In this document: positions 1 to 10,052 of the stretch, one piece after another
Position numbering within the stretch: the stretch's first letter is position 1
Layout: each line of letters opens with the position of its first letter
NCBI GenBank assembly: GCA_037137395.1
Contig: JBAXKK010000035.1
Location: 1-23,797 of the forward strand
Length of the DNA: 23,797 nucleotides
Source of the DNA: Elusimicrobiota bacterium
Lineage (GTDB): Bacteria > Elusimicrobiota > Elusimicrobia > Elusimicrobiales > UBA9959
Direction of reading: 5' to 3'
Notes under the pieces: model-generated
What the model saw: only the letters and a program-made list of their open reading frames with translations
Told to the model about the DNA's origin: nothing
Database searches by the model: none
Program-made: the position numbers and the translations under genes

Positions 1-45
1 ACACCTATAGCTATCTGTCCGCAGCCCACACCCTATGCACGGCGC

Positions 46-1320
46 TTATTGGAGCAGAAATTTCCAGGCCGGCACGATACTGATCTTTACTCCGTCCATT
101 CTTATCTCTTTTTCTTCATCCAAAGAAATAAGCAGGCCTTTCTTCTGGTTCAACCATTTACAAGCCGCAACCAGGCCGGCCAGTTCACGCTGCTGATTTT
201 GCGGGCCCAGTTCCAGGCACACCTGAATGGGCTTAAGATCTCCATCCTGATTTTTAGCGATAAAATCGCATTCAACTCCCTCGTCAAAATAAAACACTTC
301 CTTGCCGGCTCTTTTCAGCTCCAGGAATACCGCGTTTTCCAGCAGACGCCCCTCGTCAGCGGATGTAACCCTTCTGGAAAGAGCATTATCAACCAGGTAG
401 ATCTTTGAAGGATTACGCATCCGCTTATAAGTGGATTCCGAGAATTTCTTAACCTCAAACACTAGCATACTCTGGATAAAATATTTGTAATAACGGAAAA
501 GCAGGTCCTTTGAAAAAGGGAACTTATCCTGATATTGCTTATAAAATGAGGTAAGGGAATATTTTAAAGCGAAAGACGAGAAAAGCCTGTCGCTAAGCGC
601 TTCGAAAAGGTGTATATTGGAAACTCCATATTTTTCCACCAAATCCCTGAAATACATAGCGCTCATATATTCTTTTACCAGCTTGGATTTTTGAGTGTCG
701 CTATCCAGCTCAGCCACTTCGGGAAAGCCCCCCCAGCGCAAATAGTCCTTAAAGTGTCTTTTCAACGTGCTTTGTGCCCTGCCGTACATTAGGCCGGCGG
801 GCTTTACGCCTTTGGCATTCAGATATTCCTTAAAAGAATAGGGAAGGACCTCCACGCTCCAGGCGCGGCCGCGCAGTTCGGTGGCTATCTCAAAAGGCAT
901 CATCCTAGACGAGGAGCCGCTTACATATACACCGATATTCTCCCGTTCTACTACCCTACGGCAGAATTTCTCCCAGCCTTTAACATTCTGAACCTCATCA
1001 AGAAAGAAAACGGGGTTCTTATCCAGGCAGTTCGGTTTCAACTCAAAAAAAACGTTTTTCAACTTTTCAAAATCGGAGGCTTCAAAGCCGTCAAGACGTT
1101 CATCCTCGAAATCTATATACAGCGCCCGGTCAGAGCACTTTTTATAAAGGTCATAAAGGATATAAGTTTTACCGCTCCTACGCACGCCGTAAACGACAAA
1201 AGCCTTATCCAGATTATCCGGGAAATTCTCTACGGTTCTTTTAACTATTTCTCCGGTATTGGCCAGTATGAATTTCTCGTTCGCGACCAGTATTTCCTTT
1301 AGCACTGCGTTGGTTATCAT
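46..1320 (-). CDS. AAA+ ATP-binding protein (AAA_14 + DUF4143 type)
   Basis: 424 aa; Walker A GVRRSGKT, Walker B FFLDEVQ, SGSSS, YLRWGGFPE, KIYLVDN, LLENAV and C-terminal ECDFI..IQVC (PD-(D/E)xK-like), typical of AAA_14/DUF4143 proteins. Confidence 0.9.
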   Translation of the reverse strand: MITNAVLKEILVANEKFILANTGEIVKRTVENFPDNLDKAFVVYGVRRSGKTYILYDLYKKCSDRALYIDFEDERLDGFEASDFEKLKNVFFELKPNCLDKNPVFFLDEVQNVKGWEKFCRRVVERENIGVYVSGSSSRMMPFEIATELRGRAWSVEVLPYSFKEYLNAKGVKPAGLMYGRAQSTLKRHFKDYLRWGGFPEVAELDSDTQKSKLVKEYMSAMYFRDLVEKYGVSNIHLFEALSDRLFSSFALKYSLTSFYKQYQDKFPFSKDLLFRYYKYFIQSMLVFEVKKFSESTYKRMRNPSKIYLVDNALSRRVTSADEGRLLENAVFLELKRAGKEVFYFDEGVECDFIAKNQDGDLKPIQVCLELGPQNQQRELAGLVAACKWLNQKKGLLISLDEEKEIRMDGVKISIVPAWKFLLQ

Positions 1321-1324
1321 ATTG

Positions 1325-1372
1325 TCCTTTTAATAAGGATATATTATCTATATTCCATCCTTTTGTAAAGGG
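1325..1372 (-). promoter_or_regulatory. Predicted sigma70 promoter with two palindromic operator-like sites upstream of the AAA gene
   Basis: Minus strand TTTACA (1364-1369), 17 bp spacer, TAATAT (1341-1346); near-palindromes TCCTTTTAATAAGGA (1325-1339) and TCCTTTTGTAAAGGG (1358-1372). Confidence 0.55.
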
Positions 1373-1409
1373 CGAACCGGAATATGCTCTACGCGCTGAA
1401 CGGCACTGA

Positions 1410-2858
1410 TTACAGGCCGTCAGTTGTACAATCGCCTGCGGCTTTACGATAAAGCAGGTACTGCGCGAACAGGAAATAGGTTCCCAGGGCAAGTAAGACC
1501 GCGCAGGATATCAGGATCGAAGATTCACTATTTTTAACCAGCAAGCCAAGCGGGAAGGGCAGCGCCAGTAATACTGCCATTTTTATCGCCTTGAAGCTTA
1601 CAGTAAATTTCATTATGCGGCGCATACCGGTTATCATAAAGAAAAGCGTTACAAAACCTGACAATACCAGAGCGGCAGGGATCCAGAACGCGTGATCCGG
1701 TGAAAGCGAAGCGAAATAAACACCGACAGCGGTCAAGATGCCCCCCAGCGCGTAGGGTTTTGCCAAAGGCCCGGTACGCATTTCCGAATGCGCCACCGTG
1801 GAGAAGATATTTGTGACAATTCTGCCGAATTCAACCCACGCCCCGAAAACAGTGAATATCCAGACCTCACGAAATTTAACGTCCACCAATACCGTCACCA
1901 GGTGCCAGGCAAGAAAAGAAACGAACAAAGTGGTAAGCAGATACAGCGGAATAATAAAGCCGGACATTTTGTTCCAGGCTGATTTGCGGATCTCGCCGTC
2001 GGGCGTGTTTATCTCGGTATAATAAATGGGATAGTAGATCTGCTGCACAAGCGCTTCGGCGGCCGTGGCTACAGCCGCCGCTATCCCCAGCCCCACAGCC
2101 ATCTGACCCAAGAAATCAAGACCGATGTTTTTTTCAACTACAAGACGGTAAGACTGATTCTGCATCCACATGAAAAATGTCATCACCAGCAGCGGAAAAC
2201 TGAATTTAGCTATCCCCTGTAGACGCGGTTTTCTTAAAACTTCCCAAACTCTGCCAAAATTTACGTTATAACTCACCTTGCGTCTGAAATATAATAGAGA
2301 GACTAGCGCCGCAATCATAAAGCCCAATATCTGCCCAGCTATCCACATAGCGGCGGATGAACTATACAATTTTACCAGGAAGACTGAAAAAAACAGGGAT
2401 AACAGAAGAGTCAGCATGGAAAAAACCACAAAACTGAGCCTGTGGTGCAGCATATTCAGAGCGGAGATAATTGTTGAATTCCAAGTGCCGGCGTAAATAT
2501 ACCCGGAAGCGAGCAAGCAAAAACCTAAAGTGCTGATACCCGCTGCTATACCAAAAGCACCCTTTACAATAAATAAAATCGGGAAAACAGACAGTGAAAC
2601 CCCTAAGACATAAACATTGTAACAAGCGAAACGATCAAGAAGGATTCCCCCTTTATGCCAATCATTCAGCCGCCGCGTAACATACAAACCGACAGGGCTC
2701 ACGAACACAAGCGAAAAATATGAGATTATTGAAAGGACCAAATAGACATTCCCGACCTCACTGCTTGAAAGGAGATGTGTCAAAAGCCGCATAGCCGCAA
2801 GCGCTATCAAAATCTGGAGAGCGCGGCCAGCGCCGATTATTATGTAGTTTCTGTTCAT
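1410..2858 (-). CDS. wzx: Oligosaccharide flippase (Wzx/MOP family)
   Basis: 482 aa, roughly 12-14 hydrophobic segments, N-terminal RLLTHLLSSSEVG motif typical of Wzx, located in a sugar cluster. Confidence 0.8.
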   Translation of the reverse strand: MNRNYIIIGAGRALQILIALAAMRLLTHLLSSSEVGNVYLVLSIISYFSLVFVSPVGLYVTRRLNDWHKGGILLDRFACYNVYVLGVSLSVFPILFIVKGAFGIAAGISTLGFCLLASGYIYAGTWNSTIISALNMLHHRLSFVVFSMLTLLLSLFFSVFLVKLYSSSAAMWIAGQILGFMIAALVSLLYFRRKVSYNVNFGRVWEVLRKPRLQGIAKFSFPLLVMTFFMWMQNQSYRLVVEKNIGLDFLGQMAVGLGIAAAVATAAEALVQQIYYPIYYTEINTPDGEIRKSAWNKMSGFIIPLYLLTTLFVSFLAWHLVTVLVDVKFREVWIFTVFGAWVEFGRIVTNIFSTVAHSEMRTGPLAKPYALGGILTAVGVYFASLSPDHAFWIPAALVLSGFVTLFFMITGMRRIMKFTVSFKAIKMAVLLALPFPLGLLVKNSESSILISCAVLLALGTYFLFAQYLLYRKAAGDCTTDGL

Positions 2859-4249
2859 TGACGAAAGATAAGCTGTCTAAGCTTGCGCAGCCTGGGAACA
2901 ACTTTCCCGGCTGTCTGTATCGGATGCAGTAGTTCGATAAACATACGTTTTATCCATTGCCGCCACGGCATGCAGGCGAGGGTGATCCTGGTAACCATGC
3001 GTTCCAACTCCTGCGCGGTATGCTCAAGCGTGAAGAACGGCACATCCTTGTCCGTAAGCCAGTAACTATCGTCTATACAGCCACTGGCGCGCATAACCTC
3101 GTAAACCTCGGTGTTAGGATAAACCCAGAGGCGGGCGACGCCAGCGAATTCAAAATACTTAATATTTTGCAGCTTTTTTATAAGGTCAATAGTTTCCGCC
3201 ACAGTATCGGCATTCTCGCCCGGGAAGCCGACCATCAGGTAAGTGGATATGCGTATATTTATATCCTTCAGCATTTCAAAGGTTTTAAGCACGTCCTCAC
3301 GCGTAATGCTTTTGTGTATGGATAACAGGAGCTTCTCACTCCCGGTTTCAAGGCCGAAACCTATTGATTCGAACCCTGCTTCCTCCATGATCTTAAACAG
3401 TTCCACGCTGGCCGGTTTTATGCGCGCCGAGCAGAGAAACCGCATTTTTATCCCGCGCCGGATTATTTCGCGGCATATCCCAATGGCCCGAGGCTGGTCA
3501 AGCGTAAAAGTGTCGTCCGCTATCTGCAGGACCTTTATCTGCGGGAAGTGTTCTACAATATAAGCGATTTCATCTACCACATTTTTTATTGAGCGTTTAC
3601 GGAATTTGCGCCGGGAAATAGTGTGGAGACAACAGAAACTACACCGATACGGGCAACCGCGGCTTGTTAGTATACAACCCATCTCGCGAAGGGGTTCATC
3701 TTTTATAAAAAGTTCATGGCTTGGGAACGGAAGGGCATCCAGGTCCTCGATCAGCGGCCTTTGCGGAGTTAGGACTACCGCGCTGTCTTTGCGGTAGGCT
3801 ATCCCTTTTACCGCCCCTAAATCTCCATCTGAAGCCATAGTCCGGAGAAGTTCAACTATCGTAGCTTCTCCTTCACCAATAACTACGCAATCCAACGGAT
3901 AATTATCAAGCAGTTGAGCCGGGTATATGGAAGCGTGTACCCCTCCGGCAATTATGCGCGCATCAGGAAGCAATTCACGGGCTTTTTTTATGGCTTTAAA
4001 ACTCTCCACCCGATTCATTGTAAAAATCTGCACCAGAAAGAAATCAGGCTTAAACCCGATTAATTCCGCCGCAAGGGCGGCCGCTGCTGCAGCCGGAGCC
4101 CAATTATTGTAGCTTTGCGTGCGAATTTCATACCCCTCCTTCTCCAACACGGCGTGAAGATACGCTAAACCCAGACCGTAGGAATTGTCCTTGGAGTGGG
4201 CCTGGGCGTTGACCTGGAGCGGCGGACTTACCAGCAAAACTTTTTTCAT
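2855..4249 (-). CDS. B12-binding domain radical SAM protein (class B methyltransferase-like)
   Basis: N-terminal cobalamin-binding region (GLGLAYL, IIAGGVHAS, VVIGEGE); TSRGCPYRCSFC CxxxCxxC motif; DDTF, GLETGS. Confidence 0.92.
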   Translation of the reverse strand: MKKVLLVSPPLQVNAQAHSKDNSYGLGLAYLHAVLEKEGYEIRTQSYNNWAPAAAAAALAAELIGFKPDFFLVQIFTMNRVESFKAIKKARELLPDARIIAGGVHASIYPAQLLDNYPLDCVVIGEGEATIVELLRTMASDGDLGAVKGIAYRKDSAVVLTPQRPLIEDLDALPFPSHELFIKDEPLREMGCILTSRGCPYRCSFCCLHTISRRKFRKRSIKNVVDEIAYIVEHFPQIKVLQIADDTFTLDQPRAIGICREIIRRGIKMRFLCSARIKPASVELFKIMEEAGFESIGFGLETGSEKLLLSIHKSITREDVLKTFEMLKDINIRISTYLMVGFPGENADTVAETIDLIKKLQNIKYFEFAGVARLWVYPNTEVYEVMRASGCIDDSYWLTDKDVPFFTLEHTAQELERMVTRITLACMPWRQWIKRMFIELLHPIQTAGKVVPRLRKLRQLIFRQ

Positions 4250-5280
4250 ATTTTTCCTAAAAGCGTTTTTACTATAGTTTCAGCGAAGTACCTGTCGCTG
4301 AATTGATAGGCGGCCGGGCTGGAGAGATACGCGCGGGCGGCCTCAATATACTTTAACAAATCGCTGTCGGAACGACCTTTCATATAAGCATAAAGCTGCT
4401 CATGACTGGCAAAATCCCGCCGGTCTATAAAACAATCCCGCGGTATGTATTTTTCGATATCAGGCGCGCCCCAATAAACCGGAATATTTCCGGCAAAAAA
4501 ACAATCAAATATCTTCTCCGTGATATATCCGGGGATCTCGCGGGCGTTCTCGTAACATATCGAGAACCTGTATTTTTCTATCACCGGCTTTTTTTCCGCT
4601 ACAACTCCGCGATAGGACGGATACTTAGTGGCGGTCAGTCGCGCCAAGGCACCGAAACGATTGAGCGCCCTCACCAGTTTCGGGCCGGTGAATATACGGC
4701 GATCCCAGCCCATGCCGTATAGATTGAACTCCCCCGGATGGCTACGCTCAAACCATCTGACAGTCTTCTCCCGCTCCGAGTAAAGCTCCAGAGGGTGACT
4801 GCTTTTTTTATTTGCCGTGATCATAACGCAAAACCCGGATTTATTCAATGGGTTTGCCGTTGTGCTATCCGGGAACGGGTTTGGGAAATTAATCTTAAAA
4901 TATTTACAATTATCAATATACTTTTCATCCCAGGTGAAAACCGTATCAAAACCATTATGGCTGCCTGGAAGCCAATTCTGCGGCTTTATTACAGCACACT
5001 CCAGCAATACCGCCAGCTTGCGCACGCGCCCGCTCCAGTCCCCCAGAAGCGTATCCGGACGGACTTTGGGCATGTCCGTGAATAATACCGCGTCAGGAGT
5101 GATCCCACCCGCCTTATAAACGTCGTGCGTCCGGCATTCCCAACCTCCGGCCTGAAGCTGGTCCTTTAACAGCCTGTAGGCCGAAAGGCAGTTATCCCGG
5201 TTCAACGGGCTTAGCGGGTCGAATAAAGCGTCGTTGCTGTACGCGGCATCGACCCATATAGCGAGGCGTTTTATGGCCAT
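4246..5280 (-). CDS. Glycosyltransferase family 10 (alpha-1,3-fucosyltransferase-like)
   Basis: GT10 motif YRFSICYEN..PGYITEKIFDCFFAGNIPVYWGA. Confidence 0.88.
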   Translation of the reverse strand: MAIKRLAIWVDAAYSNDALFDPLSPLNRDNCLSAYRLLKDQLQAGGWECRTHDVYKAGGITPDAVLFTDMPKVRPDTLLGDWSGRVRKLAVLLECAVIKPQNWLPGSHNGFDTVFTWDEKYIDNCKYFKINFPNPFPDSTTANPLNKSGFCVMITANKKSSHPLELYSEREKTVRWFERSHPGEFNLYGMGWDRRIFTGPKLVRALNRFGALARLTATKYPSYRGVVAEKKPVIEKYRFSICYENAREIPGYITEKIFDCFFAGNIPVYWGAPDIEKYIPRDCFIDRRDFASHEQLYAYMKGRSDSDLLKYIEAARAYLSSPAAYQFSDRYFAETIVKTLLGKI

Positions 5281-6281
5281 ATTTCGGAAAAAACCTTTTC
5301 CAGACGACGAAGATAGGTGTGCTCAGCGGCAGCCCTTGCATGACCAGCCGCGGTAATAGAAGCGCGCTCAGTCTCATTCTGGAGATAATACTTTATCTGT
5401 TGTACACATTCCTCTGGAGAGGAAAAAACGGCCACCTCTTCCCCTATTTTAAGATACCGCTCTATTCCCGCCACATAGTTGGTAAGCTGGAAGCCGCCCG
5501 ACAACGGAATTTCAAAATTCCGGGCCTTTATCTGTTCGGAAGTCTTATCAGCGATCATATAACTGATCAAATTCCTGGGACTTGCAAGCAGATACCGAAA
5601 ATCCGGGGTTGCGCTGTTGGAAAGATTCAGGTTTACTTTGCTTTCTCTGAAAATCCCGGCCATTTCGTCGCGAGAAATCTGGCCGTTGGGCCAATCGTGA
5701 CCGAAGCATTCCACGGAAATCCCTTTCCCACGCAGAACGTTTATGAACCAATTCCGAACGCTATTTCGCGCGCCGACGAAAGAAACTTGGTACCGATGTT
5801 TTTCTCCGGCTTGCAGCGGAGCAACCGGGGTGGCAAGCGGCTGTGCCGCCCATTGCGTAAGGATGGGTTTCACTCCTATCTTTCTGTATTTTTCCACGCT
5901 GAATATGTCCGTGGTACAGACATGGGTGAAATGAGGAGCCAGTTTTGACGAAAAAGCCGAAAACCGCCAGGTGTCATCACCGAACCAAGCGCAGGTGGGC
6001 CAGTCTGATTTTAAAAGATCCAGGGTTTTGGAGTCAAACTGGCCGGTATAGGGCAGGAAGAATATAAGGTCCGGGTTAAAGCTTCGCGCCTTTTCTATAA
6101 GGGCATTGCGTAAGCCGGGAATATCATGAACATAGGCATCATACCAGAAAGGCTCCACCACCGAAGCCAGTTTGGCGAAATTATCATAAAACCAGGCCTT
6201 ATCATTAGAGGGCCCGCGCTTGGGGTCGCAATAATCCCACTCCATGAGCACCGTAAGTATTTTTTTATTCCATTGTGTCAT
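5271..6281 (-). CDS. Glycosyltransferase, CgeB/GT-B type
   Basis: WFGDD, VSFVG, SKVNLN, QIKARNFEIPLSGGFQLT, EHTY..RL motifs; ATG at 6281 (MTQWNKK, preceded by GCGGGA) preferred over the ORF-track start at 6299. Confidence 0.82.
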   Translation of the reverse strand: MTQWNKKILTVLMEWDYCDPKRGPSNDKAWFYDNFAKLASVVEPFWYDAYVHDIPGLRNALIEKARSFNPDLIFFLPYTGQFDSKTLDLLKSDWPTCAWFGDDTWRFSAFSSKLAPHFTHVCTTDIFSVEKYRKIGVKPILTQWAAQPLATPVAPLQAGEKHRYQVSFVGARNSVRNWFINVLRGKGISVECFGHDWPNGQISRDEMAGIFRESKVNLNLSNSATPDFRYLLASPRNLISYMIADKTSEQIKARNFEIPLSGGFQLTNYVAGIERYLKIGEEVAVFSSPEECVQQIKYYLQNETERASITAAGHARAAAEHTYLRRLEKVFSEIWP

Positions 6282-6379
6282 ATAAATTCCCGCAACCAAA
6301 CAATGTACTTTTCCGGTCTATCACTGATGCCCCCTAGCCGGGGGTAATGGCGCATTGTGCCGGATCGAAAACAAAGCTT

Positions 6380-7108
6380 CTATGAGCATTTATCCGCTGA
6401 AATAAAAATTGACTGAGAGAGGCGGTTTATAACCGGCAATTTTTCAATTATGCTCCCGACTGCAATAACGGGCTTGATCATATAATCAGGAATCCCGGGC
6501 ACAAGAAAATCCCGGAACGATATCTCTATATTAGAAAAACCCGCCGTTTGCATTTTTTTTGTTATAAAATCTGAAGTAAAAGTCATCTCCCCTGGTTCCA
6601 GCTTCGCCATTTTCCTGAATGCCGCCACATTGAAGATCAGCAGGCAATACGGATTGTAAAAGTTTGGCTCAAGAAATATTATTTTTCCCCTGTAGTTAAG
6701 GAGTTTATAAATATTCAAAAGGGAATTATCCAGATTATTATACAGGTGATGTAATATCCCGTCTCCGAATATATAATCAAAAGTTTGCCCCTGTAAAACA
6801 GACACGACATCGCTCTGGCTATTAAAATCAAGTTTTTTATACTTCAGATTGGGCAGAGAATATCTAGCGCGCGCTTCATCTATAAACGGGCCGCATATAT
6901 CAGTTCCAAGAATATGCTTTCCTGTTTTTTTTGCCAGGAGATACGAATGTCTTCCCACACCGCATCCGATTTCCAATATACGGGTTGACTCCTTCAATGC
7001 CATTCTGCTTATGATATAATCACATCTTCTATCTGTCCTTATTTCCACAGATTTTGACTCTTTATAGCCCTGATTATACCCACGGTCATCCAGCATGCTA
7101 GGCATCAT
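6380..7108 (-). CDS. Class I SAM-dependent methyltransferase
   Basis: ILEIGCGVG motif I, GTDI, FDYIFGDGILHHL, IIFLEPN. Confidence 0.9.
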   Translation of the reverse strand: MMPSMLDDRGYNQGYKESKSVEIRTDRRCDYIISRMALKESTRILEIGCGVGRHSYLLAKKTGKHILGTDICGPFIDEARARYSLPNLKYKKLDFNSQSDVVSVLQGQTFDYIFGDGILHHLYNNLDNSLLNIYKLLNYRGKIIFLEPNFYNPYCLLIFNVAAFRKMAKLEPGEMTFTSDFITKKMQTAGFSNIEISFRDFLVPGIPDYMIKPVIAVGSIIEKLPVINRLSQSIFISADKCS

Positions 7109-7119
7109 TACCTCGTTCG

Positions 7120-9147
7120 CTATGCTTCAATTTCTTTATCGCTCTTAATTTTGCTGATTATATTCAATATGGCGGTTGCATCGCCATAAATTTTACCATT
7201 GTAAGTAATATTGTCCCTTATATACTTAGGCCGGTTTTTAACTTCTTCAGTTATTTTCCCGATATAATCACCGATAAGGCTCAGCGAGATGATCTGTATG
7301 CTGCTTAAGCCCAGAAGCAACAGGATAATAGTAGTTATCCCACGCGCGCCTTCCGGCGGATTTACAAAATAGTTTATCGCGTAAAAAACGCCTAGTGCCA
7401 GCGTAAAAAGCAGTGTGGCGACACCGAACACCTGTATATACTGAAGCGGTTTTGTGCTGAAAGAAAAAATACCTTTTTTTGCCCACCATATGTTTTTGTA
7501 AAAACTGTTGGTGCTCTTGCCGAATAAGCGTTCCGGCCTCAAATAAGGTACGCCTGTCTGCTTAAAACCGACCCAAGCCCTTAAACCTCTCATAAAAATA
7601 TCTTTTTCAGTAAATTTCAGAAGGTGGTTTACGGCTTTTTCATCAATCAGAGAGAAATCACCGGCATCCACCGGGATAGAGATATCTGAAAGCTTCCTGA
7701 AAACACGATAGAAAAGCTTATAGAACATCTGCATATAAAAAGGAGCTTCTCTTTTTACCCTCTGACCGTATACAACCTCAAAGCCTTCTTCCCACTTCTT
7801 TATAAAATCAGGTATTATCTCCGGCGGATCCTGTCCGTCGCCGTCCATGAGAACTACCGCGTCCCCCGACGCTATTTCCATGCCGCTCACAAAAGCGGAC
7901 TGTGATCCAAAATTCCTGGAGTGAGAAACACCTATTACATGCGTATCCCTCAGGCACAGTCCGTTTATCACCTCTCCGTCATTATCCGGACTGCCGTCAT
8001 TAACAAAAATTATTTCAAAATCGTAGCCAGTGCCCCGGAGTACATTTGTGAGCCTTTCGTGCAATATTGGTATAGAATTATTGTCCTTGTAGCAGGCGAT
8101 CACTGCCGAGATCTTTTTTGTCCTTTTCGGAACAAAAACATACTTCAACAAGTCCACCGCCGCCTTTTCCCACTCAATATTCAGTCTTAGCCCTTCTTCA
8201 AATGAGGTTTTTGCCTTCCAATCCATGAGTTTAACCGCAAGCTCCGGATTGCCATACCAGTTCGACAGATCCCATTTACGATTGACCATAGAGCCGAAAA
8301 CAGGCTCTTCTTTTATGCCGAAAGCTTTCTTCGCCGCAAAGGCGACATCTTCAAGCGTAGTTTTAACACCTGAGGCGATATTCAGAGATATCCCCGGATT
8401 AGTTTTACATATAGTCAGCGCTGCTTTGACTACCGCTTCGTTGCAGTCATCGACATATACAAAATCTCTTGATATATGCTTATCCACAAAATTAGAATAT
8501 TTTCCCTGCGCGCCGTTTAAAATCAGCGTCGGAATAAGCCTATCCTTTTCCTCCCAAGGACCATAAACCGAATAGAGTCTTAAATTCACACACGGGAAAT
8601 TCAATATCTTTCCATAATATTTAACCAGGTAGCCTGCCCCGGCCTTTGCCGCCGCATAATCACTGTTTGGAATAAGCTCCGAGTTTTCATTTGAATAATC
8701 GCAGTTCAGCCCATATTCAGAAGAGCTGCCCGCTTGTATAAACGCGCCACATCCCGTCTCAGAAAGGATCCGCAACAAATTCAGCGTTCCCATATAATTA
8801 GTCTGGTGTATCTTGTTAATATCCAATTGGCGCGCGTAGGAACCGTAGGCCGCCATATTAAACACGGTCATCGGTTTAATATTCCCCATAACCCTTCTGG
8901 CACTATCAAAATCTGTTATATCACAATTTATGAGAGTATTATCAGCTTTGGCGTTTATCAGCCGCCAACTGCTCCGTGGAGCCCTGGAACACCCGTAAAC
9001 ATCCGGCCGGATATTGCGTAGGCTGAAAAAAAGCTTCGCGCCGATAAACCCGGAAACCCCCACTATCATTATAGGCCCAGGTAGTCTTCTCACTTCTTCC
9101 ACCGTGTCTTTTGTCCAGATATCTTTGTACAGGATATTCTTATTCAT
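7120..9147 (-). CDS. Fusion of NAD-dependent epimerase/dehydratase and GT2 polyprenol-phosphate glycosyltransferase (GtrB/ArnC-like)
   Basis: N-half GVSGFIG, GSSSEYG, YAAAK, RLYSVYGP; C-half EIIFVNDGSPD, SRNFGSQ, MDGDGQDPPE, AGDFSL, two TM helices, GDYIGKITEEVKNRPKY. Confidence 0.88.
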   Translation of the reverse strand: MNKNILYKDIWTKDTVEEVRRLPGPIMIVGVSGFIGAKLFFSLRNIRPDVYGCSRAPRSSWRLINAKADNTLINCDITDFDSARRVMGNIKPMTVFNMAAYGSYARQLDINKIHQTNYMGTLNLLRILSETGCGAFIQAGSSSEYGLNCDYSNENSELIPNSDYAAAKAGAGYLVKYYGKILNFPCVNLRLYSVYGPWEEKDRLIPTLILNGAQGKYSNFVDKHISRDFVYVDDCNEAVVKAALTICKTNPGISLNIASGVKTTLEDVAFAAKKAFGIKEEPVFGSMVNRKWDLSNWYGNPELAVKLMDWKAKTSFEEGLRLNIEWEKAAVDLLKYVFVPKRTKKISAVIACYKDNNSIPILHERLTNVLRGTGYDFEIIFVNDGSPDNDGEVINGLCLRDTHVIGVSHSRNFGSQSAFVSGMEIASGDAVVLMDGDGQDPPEIIPDFIKKWEEGFEVVYGQRVKREAPFYMQMFYKLFYRVFRKLSDISIPVDAGDFSLIDEKAVNHLLKFTEKDIFMRGLRAWVGFKQTGVPYLRPERLFGKSTNSFYKNIWWAKKGIFSFSTKPLQYIQVFGVATLLFTLALGVFYAINYFVNPPEGARGITTIILLLLGLSSIQIISLSLIGDYIGKITEEVKNRPKYIRDNITYNGKIYGDATAILNIISKIKSDKEIEA

Positions 9148-10052
9148 CAGGCAAGTTCCTTTATGGTTATGGCCAGGGCTTCGCTATCAAGCCCGCATAG
9201 TTTCTGGTGATACGACTGACTGCCGTATAATCCGCCGGGATAACCAAGGGCATGCCGGTGGATTATTGCGCAACCGATGCTTTTTTTCATCAGGAGAAGT
9301 GATAAATATTCTCCCAGGCCGCCTCTGGCCACATGTTCTTCTATAACCAGAAGTTTCTTGGTTTTTTTTACACTGTCTAAAAACTCTCTAGGGAGTTCCG
9401 GCAGCGGAACCTCCCGGATAACAAACAAGTCAGCGATGTCTTTCTGCTTTGATACTTCAAGAGCCTTAAAAGCGTTTAATGCCACCGGTCCCATGCACGC
9501 AATTGTCAATTTGTTACCGCGGGCGATCAGTCCCGCTGCTTCATAAGCCGGCATTTGCAAAGAAGCGGGTTTCACTCCGTATCCAAGCCTGAGGTAGGCG
9601 GGGCCCTTTCTTTTCATTGCCGCGTCCACACCAGCTTCCACATCCTCATTACAAAATGGAATATAACATCTCATGTTCTGATAACTTGATAAAACTGCTA
9701 TATCCTCTATCGCATGATGAGTGGCGCCCATTACCCCATAGCCATAACCGCCGCCGTTTCCCACTATCTTAACGTCCATATTGTGAAGACACACATCCAA
9801 TCTTATCTGTTCCGCCGGCCGGAAAACCGCAAACGGCGCTATGCTATAGCATATCACCGTGTGCCCCTGTAATGCCAGACCCGCGGCCATCGTCACCATA
9901 TTCTGTTCGCTCACCCCAGCATTTATAAACCGCTTACCAATGGCTTTCCGCACATCTTCAAGCGCCATAAATCCTAGATCCCCTGTTAAAAACAGGACCT
10001 CCGGCCTGGCGACAGCTATTTTTTTTATTGCTAGGGAAAATTCTTTACGCAT
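9147..10052 (-). CDS. Transketolase C-terminal subunit (pyrimidine-binding + C-terminal domain)
   Basis: LTGDLGF, RFINAGVSEQNM, GATHHAIED, EEHVARGGLG; overlaps both neighbours. Confidence 0.9.
   Translation of the reverse strand: MRKEFSLAIKKIAVARPEVLFLTGDLGFMALEDVRKAIGKRFINAGVSEQNMVTMAAGLALQGHTVICYSIAPFAVFRPAEQIRLDVCLHNMDVKIVGNGGGYGYGVMGATHHAIEDIAVLSSYQNMRCYIPFCNEDVEAGVDAAMKRKGPAYLRLGYGVKPASLQMPAYEAAGLIARGNKLTIACMGPVALNAFKALEVSKQKDIADLFVIREVPLPELPREFLDSVKKTKKLLVIEEHVARGGLGEYLSLLLMKKSIGCAIIHRHALGYPGGLYGSQSYHQKLCGLDSEALAITIKELA

Noticed and set aside
1..45. Possible degenerate repeats flanking the first AAA gene (also 1386-1409)
   Set aside because: Only isolated similar words (CCTATAG/GCTATCT, GCTCTAC) with no sustained periodicity; the window edge prevents a judgement
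4070..4100. Poly-Ala stretch in the radical SAM protein
   Set aside because: Mixed codons, consistent with an ordinary helix rather than a repeat insertion
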